From Candidatus Sulfomarinibacteraceae bacterium (lineage in GTDB: Bacteria > Acidobacteriota > Thermoanaerobaculia > Thermoanaerobaculales > Sulfomarinibacteraceae), in the NCBI GenBank assembly GCA_963796455.1, contig CAWCLO010000001.1:160001-224000 (forward strand): a stretch of DNA of 64,000 bases, in the 5' to 3' direction. Of this stretch, positions 31,870 through 41,606 are shown piece after piece (within the stretch, counting starts at the first letter, position 1; each line of letters begins with the position of its first letter). Under the pieces are notes generated by a model that saw only the letters and a program-made list of their open reading frames with translations, was not told the DNA's origin and made no database searches. The translations under genes were made by a program, and so were the position numbers.

Positions 31870-32796
31870 ATGTCAAAGAAAGTCCTGGTAGCTACAGAAA
31901 AACCGTTTTCACCGGCAGCCGTCGAACAGCTCGTCGAAGTGTTCAAGGCAGCGAATTACGAAGTCCAGCTTCTCGAGAGCTACACCGACAAAGCGGACTT
32001 GCTCGCCGCAGTGGTTGATGCAGATGCGATGATCATCCGCAGCGACAAGGTCACGGCCGAGGTCCTCGATGCAGCCAAACAGCTGAAGATCGTCGTCCGC
32101 GCCGGTGCCGGCTACGACAATATCGATTGCGCCAAGGCGGCCGAGATGAACGTGGTCGCCATGAATACTCCCGGACAGAACTCCAATGCCGTGGCCGAAC
32201 TCGTCTTCGGCATGATGGTGATGAACGCTCGCAACAATTACAACGGCAAACCCGGCACCGAGCTCCGCGGCAAGAAGATCGGTATCCACGCCTACGGCAA
32301 CGTCGGCATCTATGTGGCCAAGGCGGCTCACGGTTTCGGCATGGACGTCTATGCATTCGATCCCTACGTCGACGACGAGGCCATCAAATCCGACGGCGTG
32401 ACTCCGGTAGCCTCAGTCGAGGAGCTCTACGAGACCTGCCAGTATGTCTCGCTCCACATCCCGGAAACCCCGAAGACAATGAAATCGATCAACTTCGAGC
32501 TGCTCTCGAAGATGCCCAAAGGGGGCACACTGATCAACACTGCGCGGCTCGGGGTGATCGACGAAGAGGGTCTGGCGAAGATCTTCGCCGAGCGCGATGA
32601 CTTTGTCTATCTCTCGGATATCTCACCCGCCTGCAAGGATGAAATCGTCGCCAAGTACGACGACGGCCGCTACTTCTTCACACCAAAGAAGATGGGCGCG
32701 CAAACAGCCGAGGCCAACATCAATGCAGGCGTGGCAGCCGCAAATCAGATCGTCAAGTTTTTCGAAAACGGAGACGAGACCTTCAAGGTTAATTGA
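31870..32796 (+). CDS. serA: D-3-phosphoglycerate dehydrogenase (short form, D-2-hydroxyacid dehydrogenase family)
   Basis: RAGAGYDNID, NTPGQNSNAVAE, INTAR, GAQTAEA. Confidence 0.8.
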   Translation: MSKKVLVATEKPFSPAAVEQLVEVFKAANYEVQLLESYTDKADLLAAVVDADAMIIRSDKVTAEVLDAAKQLKIVVRAGAGYDNIDCAKAAEMNVVAMNTPGQNSNAVAELVFGMMVMNARNNYNGKPGTELRGKKIGIHAYGNVGIYVAKAAHGFGMDVYAFDPYVDDEAIKSDGVTPVASVEELYETCQYVSLHIPETPKTMKSINFELLSKMPKGGTLINTARLGVIDEEGLAKIFAERDDFVYLSDISPACKDEIVAKYDDGRYFFTPKKMGAQTAEANINAGVAAANQIVKFFENGDETFKVN

Positions 32797-32839
32797 TCCG
32801 ACACGTCCGTTGACCCATTTTCGCGCAAGGGTTCACGAC

Positions 32840-34536
32840 TCAGGCGCGTCCCTGCTTCGGGGAAAACAGCGGATTGAGAAGGTGTGCGACTGCGATCAGA
32901 ACGACGCAACCGATCACGTTGAACCACAGATACGGAATCTCGCTGAAGAAGAAACATCCAAGAACAAAGGCTTCCGCAATGATCGCGGCGACGAAGGTCG
33001 CATCTCCACCGATCTTTTTGAACGAAAACGCGATCAGGAAGATCCCCAGGATTGAACCGTAGAACAACGAACCGAGGATATTGACGGCTTCGATGAGAGA
33101 ACCGAGGCGATTGGCAAACATCGCAAACGCTATCGCGTAGGCTCCCCAAAACACGGAGATGATCTTCGTCACCCTGAGATAGTGGCGATCGGTTTTTCCG
33201 GGTTTGAAGACCCGTCGGTAGATGTCGATCACCGAAACCGACGCCAGTGCGTTGAGTTCAGCGGCCGTGGATGACATGGACGCCGACAGGATCGCCGCCA
33301 GAATCAGCCCCACCAGACCCACCGGAAGGAAGTTGATGACAAAGCTCAGAAAGATGTAATTGATGTCGTTGGTGTCAGCCCCTGGATCGGACAGAGCAAT
33401 GAGAGAGGCGGCTTCCTTACGAAGTTCTTGCTCCTGAGACTTTGAAACCTCGAGTGTTTCCAACGCGCGATCGAGGCCCGCTTCGTCGTCGCTCTCCATC
33501 GCGGCCAACATCGACCGGAGATGGATCTGTTTCTCGTCGTGGAGCTGCGCGAACTCGGACTCCAATCGCTCGTAGGCCTGCGATTGAACGCCGTTTTTGA
33601 CGGCTGTGGTCTCGACCGGATTGAAAAACAACGGTGGCATGACGAACTGATAGAAGACGAAGATCATCGCGCCGATAAAGAGAATGCAGAATTGCATGGG
33701 GATCTTCAATACGCCGTTGGCCAACAATCCAAGCCTGCTCTCGGCGATCGAGCGACCGGACAGATAGCGCTGTACCTGTGACTGATCGGTTCCAAAATAT
33801 GAGAGGGCCAGGAAGGTCCCACCGATGAGTCCGGACCAGACGTTGTAGCGGTCCTTCCAGTCAAAATGGAAATTGATGACGTTCAGATTTCCCATTTTCC
33901 CGGCCACATTGGTGGCGTCCAGGAATGAAATATCGGGAGGCAGGAGGCGGAGGATCATGATGAAGGCCGCCACCATGCCCATCGAGATGATCCCCATCTG
34001 CATCAGGTGCGTCTTGTTGACGGCATCGGTCCCGCCCGTCGTCGTGTAGAGAGTCACCAATCCGCCGATCACGAGGATCGTCAGCCGGATATCCCACCCC
34101 AGAAGAACGGAAATGATCAACGACGGGGCGAAGATCGTGAAACCACAGGCCAGGCCCCGCTGGGTCAGAAAAAGGATGCTGCCCAGCGTGCGGTTTTTGA
34201 CATCGAAGCGCTGTTCAAGGAATTCGTAGGCCGTGTACACCTTCATCCTGTGGAAATCGGAACCGCGGTGACGGAAAGGATGACCATGGCGATCGGAAGC
34301 CCCAGATAAAACTGCACGAATCGCATTCCGTCCACGTAGGCCTGGCCTGGAGCGGAAAGAAAGGTGATCGCGCTGGCCTGGGTGGCCATGATCGAGAGGG
34401 TGATCGTGTACCAGGGGGTGGATTTATTGGCCAGGATGTATCCATCCATGTCCTTTTTTCCGCGCGACTTCCAGACGCCGAAGGAAGCGACGAAAACAAG
34501 TGCGGCGGCCATCACGATCCAATCGATAGTACTCAT
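32840..34536 (-). CDS. Sodium:solute symporter (SSS) family protein, one frameshift at about 34254-34256
   Basis: SIMATQASAITF, TAYEFLEQRF, YFGTDQSQVQRYL, SASMSS; one extra base restores VPIFHRMKVY. Confidence 0.92.
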
Positions 34537-34539
34537 GGT

Positions 34540-35661
34540 CTAGCTCTGCAAAACTTCCTCATAGAACGCCTCGTACCGGGGGATGATCTGGATCGCGTTG
34601 AAGTCACTGACGGCTCGATCCCGCGCCTTCCTCCCGAAGGCTTCGTGTTGCTCGCGATCGAGCAGAAGAGCGGCCGCGGCCTCGGCCATCCTTTCGGTTT
34701 CGCCAACGGGAAACAGGTAACCCGTCTCGCCGTGTGCAACGATTTCGGGCAGCCCGCCGATTTCGGTCGCGATCACCGGCACCCCACAGTTCATGGCTTC
34801 GAGGGCCGTCAAGCCAAAGCTCTCCTGCTCGCTGGGCAGCAGAAAGAGATCCGCGCAGGAGAGCAGCGGTTCCAATTGATCCTGTTCTCCCAGGAAATGA
34901 ACCTTGTCACTCAGGTTCAGGTCGCTGACCAACTGTTGCGTCTTGCGCAGATCCGGGCCATCACCTACCAGGACGAGCCGGGCAGGAAGAAGCTCTTGCA
35001 CCCGAGCAAATATGCGAACGACGTCCTCCGCCCTCTTCACCGGCCGGAAATTCGAAGCGTGGATGAGGATCTTCTCTCCGTCTGGTGCATAGGTCTCGCG
35101 GGAACACATATCGCGGCTCAGCGCCGGCCGGGCGGGATCGATGAAGTTGGGGATGACCCGAATCTCCTGCTGAATTCCAAACTCTTCAATGGTGCGTTGT
35201 TTGAGATAGTCCGAGACCGCCGTCACACCATCCGATTCTTCGATCGCGAATTTGATCACCTTTTTGAACGAGGCATCGGCGCCCACCAGCGTGATGTCCG
35301 TTCCGTGCAGTGTGGTGACCGTTTTCAGACCCTGTGAGTCCATGATCTGCTTGGCCAGATAGGCGCTGGTGGCATGGGGCATCGCATAGTGGGCGTGGAT
35401 CAGTTCGATGTGAAAGGACTCGGCGAGATCGACCAGCTTCGTGGCCAGGGCCAGGGCGTACGGCGGGTACTTCAACAAAGGATAGGTCGCGAAACCAACC
35501 TCGTGCATGAACAAATTGGGGTGGAAGCCCTGCAGGCGAAACGGTGTCGCATAGCTGACGATGTGGACCTCATGCCCACGTTCCGCCAACCCGATGGCCA
35601 ACTCCGACGCCACGACGCCACTTCCGCCATGGGTCGGATAACAGAGCACACCGATTTTCAC
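34540..35661 (-). CDS. bshA: N-acetyl-alpha-D-glucosaminyl L-malate synthase
   Basis: [58 protein letters not shown] overlap with bshB1. Confidence 0.95.
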   Translation of the reverse strand: MKIGVLCYPTHGGSGVVASELAIGLAERGHEVHIVSYATPFRLQGFHPNLFMHEVGFATYPLLKYPPYALALATKLVDLAESFHIELIHAHYAMPHATSAYLAKQIMDSQGLKTVTTLHGTDITLVGADASFKKVIKFAIEESDGVTAVSDYLKQRTIEEFGIQQEIRVIPNFIDPARPALSRDMCSRETYAPDGEKILIHASNFRPVKRAEDVVRIFARVQELLPARLVLVGDGPDLRKTQQLVSDLNLSDKVHFLGEQDQLEPLLSCADLFLLPSEQESFGLTALEAMNCGVPVIATEIGGLPEIVAHGETGYLFPVGETERMAEAAAALLLDREQHEAFGRKARDRAVSDFNAIQIIPRYEAFYEEVLQS

Positions 35662-36407
35662 GGAATCGTCTCCAGACATTCGGGGCCGAAGAATTCGACC
35701 GGGTCATCGATGCGGAGCGCCTCCCGCACCAGAAAAGGCTCACCGAATTCGACGCCGACATAGGTCCCGTACTGGCGATCTCTCGTCTCGATGCGCCTGA
35801 TGAAATCGGGCCGGCTGATCAGGGTTTCGTCCGCGCCGTGCTCCGCCTTGTTCGGGTTGTCGAACTGCGACTCATAGCACCTGATCGCTTTGAGCTTTTT
35901 CGAGTGAACACCGGATATATCGACGACGAAGGACGGAGAAAACTCGAAACGCGACTGGTAGAAGAGCACCTTGAACGGCCGGTGGGCCTCCTGTCCTGTG
36001 TCGAGTTTCTTCAGACCGGCAAGATAGCTCGCCTCGCGGACAATCCTGGAGGCCGCTTCGTGGTCAGGGTGCCGGGCAACCCAATAGGGAGCGAAGACGA
36101 TCCTTGGTTGGTGGGCCCTGATTTCCCGAATGACCTTGATCTTGTTCTCCCAGTAAGGCTCGACGCGTCCGTCCGGCATGTCCAGCGCCTTGTGTACGGA
36201 CACGCCCATCACCTTTGCCGCGGCAGCGAATTCACGCGCCCGGATCTCGACGCTGCCCCGGGTACCCATCTCGCCACGGGTCAGCGCGACAACACCGGTC
36301 GCATAGCCCTGTTGCGCCAGTTTGATGATCGTCCCCCCGCACCCGAGCTCCACATCGTCGGGATGCGCTCCGAAGGCGATGACGTCAAGCTTCACTCCGT
36401 CCTCCAT
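35658..36407 (-). CDS. bshB1: Bacillithiol biosynthesis deacetylase
   Basis: GAHPDDVELGCGG, LTRGEMGTRG, RHPDH; located between bshC and bshA. Confidence 0.93.
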   Translation of the reverse strand: MEDGVKLDVIAFGAHPDDVELGCGGTIIKLAQQGYATGVVALTRGEMGTRGSVEIRAREFAAAAKVMGVSVHKALDMPDGRVEPYWENKIKVIREIRAHQPRIVFAPYWVARHPDHEAASRIVREASYLAGLKKLDTGQEAHRPFKVLFYQSRFEFSPSFVVDISGVHSKKLKAIRCYESQFDNPNKAEHGADETLISRPDFIRRIETRDRQYGTYVGVEFGEPFLVREALRIDDPVEFFGPECLETIP

Positions 36408-36411
36408 CCGA

Positions 36412-38037
36412 TCACTCCTCGAAACCGAAGACCTGGTGGTCGAAATGGTCCAGGTCAACAGCCCGGTAGAGGTCCTCCAACCAGGAGAAACCATATTTCA
36501 TGAGGTAGGGAGTCACGTTGAAGACTCTTTCCTGCAGATGTCGGTTGGGATGGAGCGTGTTCTCCAGCTTGGTCAGCTTCCGTCCCACGATGTCATGTTT
36601 CTTTCTTGCAGCCTGGGCGACCTTGTTCTCCAGGACGTTCATTTGATGCTGGACCTTGCGCCGCACACCGTCAGCCGTTTGCCCCAGGGATCCGTCCATC
36701 GCCTCGGCTTCCCGGCAGACAGCTTCCAGATCACGTTCGAGGTTGCCCGCAGCAGCCGTCAACGCCCGCTGCAAGGGCTCCGGGATCTCCTCTGCAGCGA
36801 GGGCGTTCCTCGTCGCCGAGAGCCCCCTCCACACATCCTGAATCGACAGAGAAAAACTCTCCAGGGTCGACCCGACATGCCGCTCCACTATGGTGAAGCC
36901 TTTTCGCGGATACACGACGGGCATGGGGATACCGAAGTCCTCATACGCCCCCCGCAGCTGCGCGAGGTAGGCGATCTCGCCCGGCCCCCCGACATAGGCG
37001 ACCGTTGGAAGAATCGTGTCTTGAATGAGGGGCCGCATCAATACATTCGGGCTGAAGGCGTGAGGTGTTTTTTGGGCCATCTCGAGGAGTTCATCTTTGC
37101 TGAATCTCTGTTCCGGGTCCTTGACGCTGAATCCGTCGCCCTCGACATGAATCGGATGGCGTTCATCTTCCACCAGAAACAGATTGAGTTTCCCCTCCTG
37201 CTGCCGCACCTGGGGTGTGTAGTTCTTTTCGATCAGCCGCTGCGAGGTCCGCAGGACACACCGGCTCGAGGGGGATTTTTCGCCGATCTCGGTCAGCAAA
37301 GGCTTCTGCGCCATGGCAATCAGATCAGGGTGACTCGGGTCGATGAGCACCAGGCCCCAGGCGCTGAAAAGACGGGTCATCCACTTGGAGAATGCCTCGG
37401 CGAAAGTTCGCCCGGGCCGGTATGCCTCTTTCAGCAGCGACAGGATCTCCGTTTTGAATTCCGAAGGAGGAGTCATCTCCTCCAACGCACCGACACAGGC
37501 TTCGATTTCGGCCGAGAACTTCAAACCACCAACCGGCACCCTGTCCTGCGAGGAATCGTCTTCATAAGAAATGCGCTGCAGCTGGCCCTGTTGATCCAGG
37601 AGATCGACGTGATTGACCTCGGCGAAATCGTGATCATCCGTCGCCAGCCAGAAGATCGGCACCACAGGCACCGAGGTCCGTTGACTGAGGGTCTCCGCAA
37701 GCTTGATCGCGGTCATGGCCTTGTAGATCGTATAGAGGGGACCGGAGAACAACGCCACCTGCTGCCCGGTTACAACAGCACAGGCATTGTCGCGGGCCAG
37801 CGCCTCGATGTTCTGCAGGGTTTGGGGGCCACAGCCGCTGTTTCGGTTCTGCTCCTTCAGAATCTCGGTCAACTGCCCGCGATCATAATTGCGGGATGCC
37901 AACAGGCCCATCTGTCGTTCATAGGCCGCGTTCTCCCGGAAGTCGCCGTTGAAGAACTCACGAACTTCGTCATAGGCGAATAAGTAATCGCGAACGAGCG
38001 GCGACAGCGAAGGCAGGTCGGTCAATGGGATCTGCAT
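36412..38037 (-). CDS. bshC: Bacillithiol biosynthesis cysteine-adding enzyme
   Basis: VVTGQQ..LFSGPLYTIYK, FWLATDDHDFAEV, FSPNVLMRP, YVGGPGEIAY, LQER. Confidence 0.95.
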   Translation of the reverse strand: MQIPLTDLPSLSPLVRDYLFAYDEVREFFNGDFRENAAYERQMGLLASRNYDRGQLTEILKEQNRNSGCGPQTLQNIEALARDNACAVVTGQQVALFSGPLYTIYKAMTAIKLAETLSQRTSVPVVPIFWLATDDHDFAEVNHVDLLDQQGQLQRISYEDDSSQDRVPVGGLKFSAEIEACVGALEEMTPPSEFKTEILSLLKEAYRPGRTFAEAFSKWMTRLFSAWGLVLIDPSHPDLIAMAQKPLLTEIGEKSPSSRCVLRTSQRLIEKNYTPQVRQQEGKLNLFLVEDERHPIHVEGDGFSVKDPEQRFSKDELLEMAQKTPHAFSPNVLMRPLIQDTILPTVAYVGGPGEIAYLAQLRGAYEDFGIPMPVVYPRKGFTIVERHVGSTLESFSLSIQDVWRGLSATRNALAAEEIPEPLQRALTAAAGNLERDLEAVCREAEAMDGSLGQTADGVRRKVQHQMNVLENKVAQAARKKHDIVGRKLTKLENTLHPNRHLQERVFNVTPYLMKYGFSWLEDLYRAVDLDHFDHQVFGFEE

Positions 38038-38067
38038 AAAAAACCGTTCAACTACCAATCGGCCCCG

Positions 38068-38214
38068 TCATTCGAAAGCTTTCATGAAGGCGTAGAAGAG
38101 GGCGATCAATACAACCAGGTTCACCAGCACGAGAACGTACAGGCTCCTCCACGAGGAGACGAACGGGGGCTTGCCCTCATCTCCCCTCTCGATGTCGTGT
38201 TCCTCAGTCTGCAT
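38068..38214 (-). CDS. 48-aa single-pass membrane peptide (not in the ORF track)
   Basis: MQTEEHDIERGDEGKPPFVSSWRSLYVLVLVNLVVLIALFYAFMKAFE*; overlaps the PIG-L stop and fills the operon gap. Confidence 0.7.
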   Translation of the reverse strand: MQTEEHDIERGDEGKPPFVSSWRSLYVLVLVNLVVLIALFYAFMKAFE

Positions 38215-40681
38215 TTGTTTGTCCCGAAGAAATCATATTCGCGAAGAGCCGGTAGGCTCCCGGCACTCCCGCCGGCAGTTGGCGGAACCAGGAAATCCCG
38301 GAGTAGATGAAAACACCTTCACCATAACGCGCGAACAACAGACCTCCGGCGGTGTCCGCTTCCTGGCCGTCGTGAGCCGCCAGGACCGTTTCGTATCCGT
38401 CGTCCCACGAGGTGGCGTGATACAGGCTTCGCTCCTGCACCCAGTTGTCAAAATCCTCCTGAGTGATCCTGTTGGGATCATTCAAGAGCACATGGTCAGG
38501 GGCGAGGATCGTGACCGGCGCATCCTCCTCGGTCACGCGGTCGCGGCCAATGGTGAATGGATAGGGCCCGATGTCCTCGGTCACCAATCCGCGGGACACG
38601 TTGTACTGGACGATCAGCGTCCCCCCATCTTCAACATACTGAAGCATTCGAGGCTGTACGATCGCCAGCCGTTGCCGCGTGTTGTAGGCCCTGATGCCCG
38701 CGACGATGGCGTCGAAACGACCGAGGTCTCCGCTCTCCAACTCCTCGTCGCTCAACAGCGTGACGTCGTATCCCAGATGGCGGAGACAATCGGCCACCTC
38801 GTCACCCGAACCCATGAGGTAGCCGATCGTCTGGCCTCGCCGCTCGACATCGAGCTTGACCACCTTGAGGGTGCTTTCGGGGAAGTACACCAGGCGTTTG
38901 ATGTGGGGATGCGAGATCGTCACCAGTGAACGGGAGAAAACCGTCCCCCCGACATTGGCCTCGGCCACAAAATGGGCGTCTCCGGCATCCTCCGGTGGCG
39001 TCACCTGGAAAGAGAATTCGGCCTCGTCATACTTTTCAAGCAATGAAAACGGAATGCTCACCGGAGAGACCCGCCAATTCGAATCTCCCGACAAACGAAG
39101 CGTGCCATCCACCCCCGCCGAATTCGCCTTCACCCTGACCCGGATTTGCTGGGGGTCGTTGTCGGTAAACACCCTGACGCCATCTTCGATATCCACCGTG
39201 ATTTTCGGGCGAACCTCGAACAAACGGTAGGACTCGCCATCAACCCGATCCGTCCAGCGGTAGAGCACCGGAGCGAGGAAATCGAGGTCCTCTCCCTGAT
39301 GGTTCAAGGTAATCTTCGCCTGCAACGAAGGAGCATTCTCCGCCGCACCGATGAGTGATTGATCGGACACCGAGAAAAGCGCCTTCTCCGGTCTGCTTCT
39401 CAGCCAATAAGGCTGAGATGTGGGAAATCCAAGTGGAATCCGTATCGAGTGTTCGGCCGTGTGCGGTGCATTGTTCTCGAGCAGCACGTCCGTGGCGCTG
39501 AAGGCCTCGAGATCCTCAAACGAGATGCTCTTCAGTCTGAAAGCAAAGTCCGAACGGTTGACCAGCGTCGTGTTGACCGTGACCGAGTCACCGGGGGCTG
39601 CGGCAAAATCAGTCGATATGGCCTCGATCCACAACCCCGCACACGCCTGGATGAGTCCGAGCAGTTCCTTTTGTTTGACCTCGACCCAACTCGAGGGTTC
39701 GAGCTTTCTCGTCAGGGAATAGGCTTCGAGAAGTTTGGGCAGTGATCGCGCCGGGTCTCGGAGATCGTAGAGCTCGTTGATCTCAGCCAGCTTTGCTCCA
39801 AGGCTCTCCCCACCCGGCACACGCGACCAGGAGGTATCGATACCCGACAGGAGTTCTTTTCCCGCAGGCGAGCCTTCCATAAGCTTGAAAAACTCGTATC
39901 GGGTCCCCCTCCGGCCGGCTGCACCGAAGCCCTGGCTCTTGTGCATCGAACGGCTGCCGGCGGCAATCTCCGCGTACGAGGCGCCCAACAGGGGATCAAA
40001 TTCGCCGACGTCCACCCTGACCGCCTGCGCTTGATCCTGCTCATTCAACCGCCAACCGTTCCAGAACAACCTCGTGGCCTGCCACACTTCGACCCGGTCA
40101 AGTTGTTCCGGAAACCTCTGCGGGTCGCCCGCCGCATGGAATGCTTCACGGGCGAGCCGTGCCGAGGATGTATGGTGACCGTGTCCGCCCGACCTGTCGA
40201 CCGGGAAACGGGTGACGATCACGTCGGGACGAAACGAACGGATGACCCAGACCACGTCGGCCAGAACGGCCTCTTTCCCCCAGAACGCCAGGCTCTCTTC
40301 GGGCGATTTGGAGTATCCGAAGTCGATCGCCCGTGTGAAGTACTGCTCCGCGCCGTCGACCGCACGAGCGGCCAACAGCTCCTGAGTACGGATCATCCCG
40401 ATCTCCGCGCCCCTCTCCGAGCCGATCAGATTCTGGCCGCCGTCACCCCGGGTGAGCGACAGGTAGGCGCTTCGCAACTTCTCACCTTTGGAGAAATAGG
40501 TCAGCGCCGCTGTGTTCTCGTCATCCGGATGGGCGGCGATATAGAGAACGCTTCCCAAAACTTCGAGTTTTTCCAGACCGAGCTGGATCTCGGCAGCATT
40601 GGGCATCTGGATCCGCTGCGCCTCAGCCGGCGCGGTCAACGCCAGCCCTCCCAACAGGAGAATGCAAGAACACCTGTCCAT
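38204..40681 (-). CDS. Large exported PIG-L/LmbE family deacetylase with C-terminal class I glutamine-amidotransferase-like domain
   Basis: Signal peptide; AAHPDDE, LTRGDGGQN, RTQELL, GHGHH, SMHKSQGFG; C-terminal GYLMGSGD...GIRAYN. Confidence 0.9.
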   Translation of the reverse strand: MDRCSCILLLGGLALTAPAEAQRIQMPNAAEIQLGLEKLEVLGSVLYIAAHPDDENTAALTYFSKGEKLRSAYLSLTRGDGGQNLIGSERGAEIGMIRTQELLAARAVDGAEQYFTRAIDFGYSKSPEESLAFWGKEAVLADVVWVIRSFRPDVIVTRFPVDRSGGHGHHTSSARLAREAFHAAGDPQRFPEQLDRVEVWQATRLFWNGWRLNEQDQAQAVRVDVGEFDPLLGASYAEIAAGSRSMHKSQGFGAAGRRGTRYEFFKLMEGSPAGKELLSGIDTSWSRVPGGESLGAKLAEINELYDLRDPARSLPKLLEAYSLTRKLEPSSWVEVKQKELLGLIQACAGLWIEAISTDFAAAPGDSVTVNTTLVNRSDFAFRLKSISFEDLEAFSATDVLLENNAPHTAEHSIRIPLGFPTSQPYWLRSRPEKALFSVSDQSLIGAAENAPSLQAKITLNHQGEDLDFLAPVLYRWTDRVDGESYRLFEVRPKITVDIEDGVRVFTDNDPQQIRVRVKANSAGVDGTLRLSGDSNWRVSPVSIPFSLLEKYDEAEFSFQVTPPEDAGDAHFVAEANVGGTVFSRSLVTISHPHIKRLVYFPESTLKVVKLDVERRGQTIGYLMGSGDEVADCLRHLGYDVTLLSDEELESGDLGRFDAIVAGIRAYNTRQRLAIVQPRMLQYVEDGGTLIVQYNVSRGLVTEDIGPYPFTIGRDRVTEEDAPVTILAPDHVLLNDPNRITQEDFDNWVQERSLYHATSWDDGYETVLAAHDGQEADTAGGLLFARYGEGVFIYSGISWFRQLPAGVPGAYRLFANMISSGQTNAD

Positions 40682-40830
40682 TCGTCTCTCCCAGTCTGAT
40701 GCAGCCACAACGGAAGACGCTCCCCGGCATAACGGGTTTCCATCGAGAACCCGAGATCCACCCCTACGCCAGGTAGCCGCCCGACCGCGTGCGGCGGGTT
40801 TCGCAACTCTTCAGATCGGAACGGTGTCCC

Positions 40831-41412
40831 TTACTCCGCCACGGAGATCGTGAACGGAACTTTCAGCTTCTCCCACTGAAGAAAGGCGACCGCCGATGTG
40901 CCGGCCAGGTCGTCGAATCCAAAACGCAACCACTCCTCGAATGACGCCGCGACGGGTTTCACCATCAGACGGAGAGCATCTTCGGCCTCGTCGTAGGCAT
41001 AACTTCCCCATCCTTCGTTGACCTTGTTGAAAATGACAGTCCATTCATTTTCGGAAGGAATCATGTGAACGCCGTACTTGCCTGCCGGAAGTGCTTTCCC
41101 GTTGACCATGACGTCCCCGCTGACCTCGATCGTCGTCATTTCGTTGGCGCCGGCTCTCCAGGGAAAGGGCTTTTCTTTGGAGTACTTGTTGCCCGGATTC
41201 AGCCCGTAGGGTACGAGTTCGCCCCAGATCTTTCTCCCCTTCACGCCCGGCCGGCTGAAGTCGAAGGTGACCACTGTCTCGATTCCAATTGTCTGCGATA
41301 CGCTCGCATGCAAGCTTGCGCGGACCTTTTTATCCTGAGCGAATGCGGTATCTGACATCGCAAATCCAACCGCCAGAACGACCACAAGACCAAGAACCAA
41401 ATTCTTTTTCAT
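40831..41412 (-). CDS. DUF2911 domain protein
   Basis: SRPGVKGRKIWGELVPY, WRAGANE, GKALPAGKY; signal peptide. Confidence 0.88.
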   Translation of the reverse strand: MKKNLVLGLVVVLAVGFAMSDTAFAQDKKVRASLHASVSQTIGIETVVTFDFSRPGVKGRKIWGELVPYGLNPGNKYSKEKPFPWRAGANEMTTIEVSGDVMVNGKALPAGKYGVHMIPSENEWTVIFNKVNEGWGSYAYDEAEDALRLMVKPVAASFEEWLRFGFDDLAGTSAVAFLQWEKLKVPFTISVAE

Positions 41413-41606
41413 GGCTTCTCCTTTTTCAAACGATATTTTTTCTCATTTGCGCAGGTGAGCCTAACACAGGAATGATCCGGCAAGCCAACGCTCCGGCCGC
41501 TCTCAGTCCCTTTTGCGCACGCTCGCCTCCGAGCACCAGAAACCTTGCCCGCAGCGGACACCCGGAAAGAAATGCCGTTCGAGGCTCAGGTCAAGAACCC
41601 TCTGAC

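Noticed and set aside
36322..37983. 553-aa plus-strand ORF
   Set aside because: Antisense shadow of bshC
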